Source: a virus
Lineage: Duplodnaviria; Heunggongvirae; Uroviricota; Caudoviricetes
IMG/VR virus record: IMGVR_UViG_2698536449_000007
Length of the DNA stretch: 4,116 nt
Reading direction: 5' to 3' (one strand)
Shown: one piece after another, positions 1 through 4,116 of the stretch
Layout: each line of letters begins with the position of its first letter
Position numbering within the stretch: position 1 is the first letter of the stretch
The notes under the pieces: model-generated
The model's database searches: none
Seen by the model: only the letters and a program-made list of their open reading frames with translations
Told to the model about the DNA's origin: nothing
Position numbers and translations under genes: made by a program

Positions 1-339
1 ATGGTAGTGTCCGCTATTGCCAGTACACCTCAATTGCTCTGCGGCTTCGCTCAGAGCTGGCGTATGTTCCCGGCCTACTGATTCACACAGGTAATCAACG
101 AAACCGGACACCAGTTTTCGTTCGCGAGGCGTGATCGCCCCACCGACCGGAGTCCAGTAATCGAATCCCAGTTGCAGGAGTTTGAAAAAACGCTTGTGGA
201 ATGCGTAGTTACACACACGCTTAAAGTCTGCGTGTATCCACTCACCTATTTTGATTTGATGCAGAAAATCGCAACTCTCCGGCGTCGCCGGGAGAAGTAA
301 TCCGGAAGAGGTTTGTTTGACCAGTTGTATATGTGCCAT
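1..339 (-). CDS. Partial CDS (N-terminal 113 codons; 3' end runs off the window start); hypothetical prophage protein
   Basis: Minus-strand ATG at 339-337 preceded by GGAGAAAG at 7-nt spacing. The frame stays open for 113 codons to the window edge (MAHIQLVKQTSSGLLLPATPESCDF...). Absent from the supplied ORF track because no stop lies inside the window. No family recognised by eye. Confidence 0.5.
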   Translation of the reverse strand, partial: MAHIQLVKQTSSGLLLPATPESCDFLHQIKIGEWIHADFKRVCNYAFHKRFFKLLQLGFDYWTPVGGAITPRERKLVSGFVDYLCESVGREHTPALSEAAEQLRCTGNSGHYH

Positions 340-377
340 CGGCTTTCTCCGGTGGCACGGTGTTACACAGCAGGAGT

Positions 378-665
378 TCAATCCTGCTCAAGATTGTAGA
401 TGAGTTTATTCTTCAGCAAAAGCAGAAAACCAGCCTTAAAACCAATCTCTTTCAAAACCCGTAATGATGTGACAAATTCGTCCTCACGCAAAATAAAACC
501 GTCCGTCAGAAGTCCATTACAAAAATAAAATAACACAGCACCGCTCTTCCTTTGTTGAGATTGCAAACATCTAATGCGGCAATGGCTGACAATCGCTCCA
601 TTCTCAACGCGCACAGCATAGAGGCCATTTTCACTAAAAATTTCACGCAATTCTTCGATTTTCAT
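378..665 (-). CDS. Hypothetical small protein (95 aa), function unknown
   Basis: ATG at 665-663 with AGGA about 8 nt upstream; 95 codons to TGA at 380-378. No recognisable catalytic or structural motif. A promoter-like element lies about 75 nt upstream. Confidence 0.45.
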   Translation of the reverse strand: MKIEELREIFSENGLYAVRVENGAIVSHCRIRCLQSQQRKSGAVLFYFCNGLLTDGFILREDEFVTSLRVLKEIGFKAGFLLLLKNKLIYNLEQD

Positions 666-746
666 CTTCAGAATCCTTCCAGATAAATAGCTCTCCCCTG
701 TTCGGGGTCCATCCCTCTTCTCCCTGCGCGCTACTTAAGTGAGTCG

Positions 747-774
747 ATTCTATCTGCGAAGGTGCGCGAATCAA
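747..774 (-). promoter_or_regulatory. Candidate sigma70-type promoter for the 95-aa ORF
   Basis: On the minus strand: TTGATT (774-769), 16-nt spacer, TAGAAT (752-747). Predicted start near 740. Hexamer match only, no experimental support. Confidence 0.3.
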
Positions 775-786
775 ATTCACCGGAAA

Positions 787-839
787 TAAACAACAAAAAA
801 CCCGCCGAAACGCTGAGAGATCACAGCGATGGGCGGGTT
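787..839 (-). terminator. Rho-independent terminator at the 3' end of the hok transcript
   Basis: In minus-strand RNA the stem CCCGCC (837-832) pairs with GGCGGG (806-801), with additional inner CGCTG/CAGCG pairing (811-815 with 824-828), followed immediately by UUUUUUGUUGUUU (800-787). Lies about 80-130 nt downstream of the hok stop. Confidence 0.55.
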
Positions 840-841
840 AA

Positions 842-858
842 GTGCGGGTGCGTTGAGG
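842..858 (-). promoter_or_regulatory. fbi-like 3' element of hok mRNA (complementary to the 5' tac-like segment at 1229-1244)
   Basis: Plus 842-858 (GTGCGGGTGCGTTGAGG) matches the reverse complement of plus 1229-1244 over 15 positions with one bulged base. In a single minus-strand transcript these two segments can pair, bringing the 3' end onto the predicted 5' end. Confidence 0.4.
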
Positions 859-878
859 ATGCCTGACACATCAGAGGT

Positions 879-906
879 GGGCGGGGATGGGATCAGCTCC
901 CCGCCC
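879..906 (-). other. Stable GC hairpin in hok 3' UTR
   Basis: GGGCGGGG (879-886) and CCCCGCCC (899-906) form a perfect 8-bp GC stem with a 12-nt loop, beginning 9 nt downstream of the hok stop codon. Confidence 0.4.
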
Positions 907-914
907 GGTCACTC

Positions 915-1070
915 TTACTTCCTGGATTCGTAGTCTACGAAGACAGCGACCTCCGTCTGGCCGGTTCGGATTCGTACCTCACAGAGGTCTTTCCTCGTTA
1001 CCAGTGCCGTCACTATGACGGTTAAACAGATGACGATCAGGGCGATTAACATCGCCTTTTGCTGCTTCAT
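915..1070 (-). CDS. hok: Hok/Gef-family type I toxin (51 aa, membrane-depolarising peptide)
   Basis: ORF MKQQKAMLIALIVICLTVIVTALVTRKDLCEVRIRTGQTEVAVFVDYESRK. Basic N-terminus, single hydrophobic helix (LIALIVICLTVIVTALV), then the TRKDLCEVR and EVAVF...YES-type C-terminal signature of Hok/Gef peptides. AGGAG lies 9 nt upstream of the ATG (1070-1068); stop TAA at 917-915. Confidence 0.85.
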   Translation of the reverse strand: MKQQKAMLIALIVICLTVIVTALVTRKDLCEVRIRTGQTEVAVFVDYESRK

Positions 1071-1127
1071 AGCCTGCTTCTCCTTGCCTTTCGGCATGTA
1101 AGAGGCTAACCTACATGTGCAAAGCAT
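915..1127 (-). CDS. mok: mok-like leader reading frame (in-frame N-terminal extension covering hok)
   Basis: ATG at 1127-1125 with GAGG about 8 nt upstream; encodes MLCTCRLASYMPKGKEKQA followed by the Hok sequence in the same frame. Matches the organisation of chromosomal mok/hok pairs, where mok translation is needed for hok translation. Confidence 0.5.
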   Translation of the reverse strand: MLCTCRLASYMPKGKEKQAMKQQKAMLIALIVICLTVIVTALVTRKDLCEVRIRTGQTEVAVFVDYESRK

Positions 1128-1178
1128 GAAATTGGCCTCAGATTAATGTTAAGCGTCTTGCCGGACGCGTAATGTTAA
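1112..1178 (+). ncRNA. sok: Candidate sok-type antisense RNA (boundaries approximate)
   Basis: Positional inference only. A plus-strand antisense transcript is expected to cover the mok SD and start (1125-1140). Possible -35 TTGCCT (1084-1089) and -10 TAACCT (1106-1111); a 5-bp hairpin at 1153-1168 (GCGTC/GACGC) is followed by a weakly U-rich tract. Both signals are weak. Confidence 0.22.
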
Positions 1179-1246
1179 CTGGGGCTTTTCTCTATCTGCC
1201 TTTTGGTGTTCATGCCTGAAGCAGATAGCCTCAAGCACCCGCAGTC

Positions 1247-1276
1247 ATTCTACTTACCTCGCCAATATGAAATCAA
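1247..1276 (-). promoter_or_regulatory. Candidate promoter of the hok/mok transcript
   Basis: Minus strand TTGATT (1276-1271), 18-nt spacer, TAGAAT (1252-1247). Predicted start near 1240, coinciding with the tac-like segment 1229-1244 that is complementary to 842-858. Implies an mRNA of about 450 nt ending at the 787-839 terminator. Confidence 0.4.
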
Positions 1277-1297
1277 TCAGAAAGGTGCCCCATAAAA

Positions 1298-1984
1298 TCA
1301 CTCCTTCTCTTCTTTACCGTAGTGGAGTTGACCAATTTTGATAAGAGGGCGTCCCTGAGATTTGCGGTGTAGATTGGTATCGCGCAGAGAATACACACAG
1401 CCACAATATTCCTGCTGATAGAATTTTTCGCGCTTGCTGATTTCAATCATACGGGACGAGCCGCCCTGCTTGCGCCAGTTATAATCCCAGTACACCATGC
1501 CCGGATAATGCGCGACGGCTCGCCGCCCACAGTCGTTAACCTGCTGCATATTTTTCCAGCGTGAAATGCCCAGTGAACTGCTGATCACACTGAAACCATT
1601 TTCAGCGGCGTACAGCGCTGTCCGCTCAAAACGCATGTCAAAACACATGGTGCAACGGATCCCTCGTTCGGGCTCCCATTCCATTCCTTTGGCTCGTTCA
1701 AACCAGTTGTCTGTGTCGTAATCAGCATCAATAAACGGCACGCCGTGTTGTTCAGCAAAGCGAATATTCTCATCCTTACGAATTAAATACTCTTTCTGAG
1801 GATGAATGTTCGGGTTGTAGAAAAAGATGGTGTAGTCGATTCCCGAGGCCTGAAGCGCCTCCATCACCTCACCGGAACATGGAGCACAGCAAGAGTGCAG
1901 TAGTAGTTTGTTTGCCCCGTTTGGGAGCTCCAATTTGGGCCGTTTGAAATCAGCAACTGTCATAAATATGTTTATTGGGGTCAT
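1298..1984 (-). CDS. queH: Epoxyqueuosine reductase QueH (DUF208 family; final step of queuosine tRNA modification)
   Basis: Hallmark QueH motifs read directly from the translation: [11 protein letters not shown] near the N-terminus, [18 protein letters not shown], and YCGCVYS near the C-terminus; 228 codons is a typical length. Start is ambiguous (ATG 1984 or in-frame ATG 1963); neither has a strong SD. Confidence 0.85.
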   Translation of the reverse strand: MTPINIFMTVADFKRPKLELPNGANKLLLHSCCAPCSGEVMEALQASGIDYTIFFYNPNIHPQKEYLIRKDENIRFAEQHGVPFIDADYDTDNWFERAKGMEWEPERGIRCTMCFDMRFERTALYAAENGFSVISSSLGISRWKNMQQVNDCGRRAVAHYPGMVYWDYNWRKQGGSSRMIEISKREKFYQQEYCGCVYSLRDTNLHRKSQGRPLIKIGQLHYGKEEKE

Positions 1985-2045
1985 AAAAATATCAAAGAGT
2001 GTAGCATTAGAACGGGGCTATCGGAAACAGATGTGTGACTGCTCC

Positions 2046-2089
2046 CCGCCCTTTCGGGTGGTCTCCTGATGATTTGAGGGTGCAGAAAT
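2046..2089. repeat. 44-bp direct repeat, copy A (43/44 identical to 3807-3850)
   Basis: CCGCCCTTTCGGGTGGTCTCCTGATGATTTGAGGGTGCAGAAAT. Contains a 6-bp stem with a TTTC/GAAA tetraloop. Lies about 60 nt 5' of queH on the coding strand. Flanking sequence is unrelated to copy B apart from a CCGG a few nt downstream. Confidence 0.9.
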
Positions 2090-2093
2090 ATCC

Positions 2094-2115
2094 GGGGTTT
2101 TTGTTTGTTAACCCC
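2094..2115 (-). other. Hairpin between the DUF551 gene and repeat A (possible weak terminator or processing site)
   Basis: GGGGTT (2094-2099) pairs with AACCCC (2110-2115) around a 10-nt loop. On the minus strand it is followed by GGAUAUUUCU, only weakly U-rich. Confidence 0.2.
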
Positions 2116-2187
2116 AACGGCAAATCGAATACACCACCAGCGCCACCGCCATCGCAATTCCTACCGTGGTGAATGCCTCAGGCCAGG

Positions 2188-2553
2188 TCATTGATTCACC
2201 TCCTGCGGTGGTTCCGGTAGCGGCATCCAGTGAGTTGAGCTCTCTACTTCAACGCCGTCTTTGTCCACAAAAGCCATCTTATTCCCGCCACGAGTGGGGC
2301 AAAAAACCTTATCCCAGGAACCGGGGAATACATTCCCGAGATCATCGAGAAGAATCACATCGCAATATTCAGCAGGAACTGCATCACTACAGCTTATCCA
2401 GCCAGCCGGAGCTACCGGAGAGTTGCCAGCCTTACGCATGGCCATTTCCACGATTTCAACCATATCTCCTGGTGGAATTTTACAAAGTTGCCCAATACAT
2501 TTCTGCTGCCTGGCATATTCGAGAATGTGCTCCAGTTTGGTTCGATTAATCAT
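2188..2553 (-). CDS. DUF551-like phage protein (121 aa)
   Basis: C-terminal region carries the W-I-S...VP...VILL and THWMPLPEPP pattern that I recognise as typical of DUF551 prophage proteins. Start ATG (2553-2551) overlaps the stop of the upstream gene (TAATG); GGGAG lies 7 nt upstream. Confidence 0.6.
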   Translation of the reverse strand: MINRTKLEHILEYARQQKCIGQLCKIPPGDMVEIVEMAMRKAGNSPVAPAGWISCSDAVPAEYCDVILLDDLGNVFPGSWDKVFCPTRGGNKMAFVDKDGVEVESSTHWMPLPEPPQEVNQ

Positions 2554-3218
2554 TATTTATCTCCCTTAAGCATGGCAGCGCGGCAGGCGTTCCAGCCATC
2601 AACATAATCAAACGTATTACTATCGTTTGGCCCGATTTCATCCGGCACTATCGGCTCTGGTTGGATAGTGACGTTGGCAAAGGCAGCACGCAAACCGGTT
2701 TTAATTTCTTCGATTTCATCAGAGCCAAGCGATGAATCTGACAGTGCGTGATGGAATGCGTAAGCCATGTCGTCGTTTACTGCAACCGGCACTGCCGGCG
2801 CTGCGTAAAGCGGTGTTATATCTGCCCGAAAATCACATGCTTTATGCAGTCGTACCCAACACTCAACTTCCGCTTTGTCAAAATATATAGCAGTGAACGT
2901 ATTAGATTCCTGGTCAACTTGAGTAAACGTCACCTTCCACGCTACAGCTACGGCTTTCCATCCATCAGGTTGTCGCATTCGCGGGGCAGCATAAAGCTCA
3001 TGCATTCCATCAGGCAGCGAGTGACCCACATACTCACCGAACCCGTCAATACACATGCCCCCATCTTCAACAATGCATTCCGCTACAGGCTCTGCTTCCA
3101 GTGATGCCAGAGCGATAAGCGCCAGTTCACGAATTTCACCGCCGTCTATATCGTCAATATCATCGCGGCCAGAAATGTTAGCCAGCCATTGCAGTCGCTC
3201 TTTGGTAATAGTGGTCAT
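2553..3218 (-). CDS. Hypothetical acidic protein (221 aa) with internal duplicated LYAAP motif
   Basis: Start ATG (3218-3216) overlaps the HNH stop as ATGA. About 39 D/E versus about 17 K/R residues (counted by hand; net charge around -20). Two copies of an (E/P)LYAAP segment about 60 residues apart. No catalytic motif recognised. Confidence 0.55.
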   Translation of the reverse strand: MTTITKERLQWLANISGRDDIDDIDGGEIRELALIALASLEAEPVAECIVEDGGMCIDGFGEYVGHSLPDGMHELYAAPRMRQPDGWKAVAVAWKVTFTQVDQESNTFTAIYFDKAEVECWVRLHKACDFRADITPLYAAPAVPVAVNDDMAYAFHHALSDSSLGSDEIEEIKTGLRAAFANVTIQPEPIVPDEIGPNDSNTFDYVDGWNACRAAMLKGDK

Positions 3219-3580
3219 GCCGTAGCCCCTTCTTGATATTTTTCAAACCAGAACACAACCGGGTCAGATTTCATTTCAACCAATCCCATACGAACCAGCG
3301 CTTTGCCTTTCCCGGACGCAAGGAATTCACGACGACCATCACTGATAATTCGTCGATAATCTTCCAGGCTACTGCAATGCTTGTGCAGATTGCATGGGTG
3401 GCATGCTGGTACCATGTTGGATATATCGTCACGTTCCTGGTGAAGCATATTTCCATCAAAACGAATGACCGGTTTTACATGGTCTGCATGCCACTTTTCG
3501 CCAAGTTCGCAGCCGCAATAAGCGCAGCGACCACCGAACTTCATGCGCAGTTCTGCACGTTGTTTTTTCGTCAGTGCCAT
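3215..3580 (-). CDS. HNH endonuclease (about 121 aa)
   Basis: Canonical HNH core: CAYCG...HADHVKP...N...ACHPCNLHK (two CxxC pairs flanking the H-N-H catalytic residues). Start taken as ATG 3580-3578 (MALTKKQ...) with AGGAAAG 8 nt upstream. The ORF-track start at 3670 is a TTG in the same frame and would overlap the upstream small ORF. Confidence 0.8.
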   Translation of the reverse strand: MALTKKQRAELRMKFGGRCAYCGCELGEKWHADHVKPVIRFDGNMLHQERDDISNMVPACHPCNLHKHCSSLEDYRRIISDGRREFLASGKGKALVRMGLVEMKSDPVVFWFEKYQEGATA

Positions 3581-3581
3581 A

Positions 3582-3800
3582 TCAGCTTTCCTTATACGGA
3601 TTAATTTTATTGTGCAGTGTGTTGAATGACGCCCATACCACGTCGTTATACAATTCAATAACTGGCTCAATTATTTTTCCGATTATCCAGACAAAAATTA
3701 GCGGGGATATCGGTGTCATCAACACGATAAACAGAATGAGAAACAGGAATTCTGTTGTTCTACTCTTTCGCGGATATTTTTTTCTAAATAATGTAACCAT
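3582..3800 (-). CDS. Small putative membrane protein (72 aa)
   Basis: ATG 3800-3798; basic N-terminus (RKKYPRKSR) followed by a hydrophobic segment FLFLILFIVLMTPISPLIFVWIIGKII consistent with one TM helix. Stop TGA (3584-3582) is 1 nt from the HNH ATG, suggesting coupling. No family recognised; AT-rich, so a chance ORF cannot be excluded. Confidence 0.45.
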   Translation of the reverse strand: MVTLFRKKYPRKSRTTEFLFLILFIVLMTPISPLIFVWIIGKIIEPVIELYNDVVWASFNTLHNKINPYKES

Positions 3801-3806
3801 TCATTA

Positions 3807-3850
3807 CCGCCCTTTCGGGCGGTCTCCTGATGATTTGAGGGTGCAGAAAT
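3807..3850. repeat. 44-bp direct repeat, copy B (43/44 identical to 2046-2089)
   Basis: CCGCCCTTTCGGGCGGTCTCCTGATGATTTGAGGGTGCAGAAAT. Perfect 6-bp stem with tetraloop (CCGCCC-TTTC-GGGCGG) and a second stem GAGGG-N9-CCCTC completed by the following CCCTC. Ends 6 nt upstream of the small-ORF ATG on the coding strand. Confidence 0.9.
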
Positions 3851-3892
3851 CCCTCCGGTTAAGGATTAAATTTTTAACAGTGCTAAATTTAA

Positions 3893-4114
3893 TTATTCAG
3901 TTCTGGATTTTGTCGCCCTGCGTATCCGCGCTTTCGCGTTACGCTCAATCTGTATCAGCTTTTCTATATTTCTCCGCCTTTCCTGTTCCTCCTGGCGCAA
4001 TAGCCTTACATCATCTGCCAGTCTGGTTTCTCTTTTTGCCACAGAGAGCATCCAGTCAAACGGCTCCACAACCGCACCGCAGATTTTACAGCGGACCTGA
4101 CGCTCTTTTTCGTC
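3893..4114 (-). CDS. Partial CDS, C-terminal 73 codons of a hypothetical protein (5' end outside window)
   Basis: Open frame from the window edge to TAA at 3895-3893: ...DEKERQVRCKICGAVVEPFDWMLSVAKRETRLADDVRLLRQEEQERRRNIEKLIQIERNAKARIRRATKSRTE. Contains a CxxC pair and a charged, probably helical tail. It could instead be a short ORF starting at the internal ATG (4051-4049). Confidence 0.35.
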   Translation of the reverse strand, partial: DEKERQVRCKICGAVVEPFDWMLSVAKRETRLADDVRLLRQEEQERRRNIEKLIQIERNAKARIRRATKSRTE

Positions 4115-4116
4115 AA

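Noticed and set aside
1-81. Plus-strand ATG at position 1 opening a 26-codon ORF
   Set aside because: Too short, no RBS context visible, and it is antisense to the longer minus-strand partial CDS with a strong SD.
1585-1773. 62-aa minus-strand ORF inside queH
   Set aside because: Alternative frame wholly embedded in the QueH coding sequence; QueH motifs define the real frame.
2046-2061. Lambda-type nut site (boxA/boxB) for N-mediated antitermination
   Set aside because: The GC stem with a GAAA loop resembles a boxB-like hairpin, but no boxA-like sequence (CGCTCTTA-type) is found at the expected position upstream on the coding strand, and no N-like gene is present in the window.
2166-2569. 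Plus-strand ORFs 2166-2549 (127 aa) and 2261-2569 (102 aa)
   Set aside because: They lie antisense to the DUF551-like gene, which has a recognisable motif pattern, an SD and start/stop coupling with its neighbour. Their translations are low-complexity (S/P/R/H-rich) with no motif or RBS support. Treated as shadow ORFs.
3271-3459. 62-aa minus-strand ORF inside the HNH gene
   Set aside because: Alternative frame embedded in the HNH coding sequence; no RBS or motif support.
2748-3604. Plus-strand ORFs 2748-3104 (118 aa) and 3233-3604 (123 aa)
   Set aside because: Antisense to the 221-aa gene and the HNH gene respectively. HNH is unambiguous on the minus strand and the minus-strand genes form a coupled operon. 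No independent support for the plus-strand frames.
3581-3670. Longer HNH ORF starting at 3670 as given in the ORF track
   Set aside because: The codon at 3670-3668 is TTG, not ATG. The extension would overlap the small membrane ORF in another frame and adds no conserved residues. The in-frame ATG at 3580 has a good SD and sits 1 nt after the upstream stop.
2046-3850. CRISPR array or transposon terminal repeats
   Set aside because: Only two copies, in direct orientation and 1.7 kb apart, with protein-coding genes rather than spacers between them. No cas, transposase or integrase genes and no inverted terminal repeats are visible in the window.
3807-3860. preQ1-type riboswitch upstream of queuosine-related genes
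   Set aside because: On the gene-sense strand copy B superficially resembles a small stem-loop plus tail. However, the copy actually upstream of queH (copy A) lacks the first stem, the tail is not the A-rich tract expected of preQ1-I aptamers, and the intact copy precedes the HNH block rather than queH.
1-4116. tRNA or rRNA genes
   Set aside because: No region shows the cloverleaf-compatible paired segments or conserved T-loop/anticodon-loop features; all long structured regions are accounted for by terminators, the hok regulatory RNA structure or the 44-bp repeats.

Overview
This 4.1-kb window reads like the early/accessory (nin-type) region of an enterobacterial lambdoid prophage, with every credible gene on the minus strand. 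All calls rest on motif recognition by eye; no searches or folding were run.

In transcription order (high to low coordinates):
- 3893-4114: 3' end of an ORF entering from outside the window.
- 3807-3850: copy B of a 44-bp direct repeat.
- 2188-3800: a translationally coupled four-gene block (small membrane protein, HNH endonuclease, acidic 221-aa protein, DUF551-like protein).
- 2046-2089: copy A of the 44-bp repeat.
- 1298-1984: a QueH-type epoxyqueuosine reductase gene.
- 787-1276: a complete hok/mok/sok-type type I toxin-antitoxin locus with promoter, 5'/3' complementarity and intrinsic terminator.
- 378-665 and 1-339: a 95-aa ORF and the 5' part of a further ORF running off the window.

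No rRNA, tRNA, CRISPR array, transposase or integrase was seen. The most unusual signals are the near-identical 44-bp repeats sitting 5' of two transcription units and bracketing the HNH block, and a queuosine tRNA-modification gene embedded in prophage accessory DNA next to a hok toxin.
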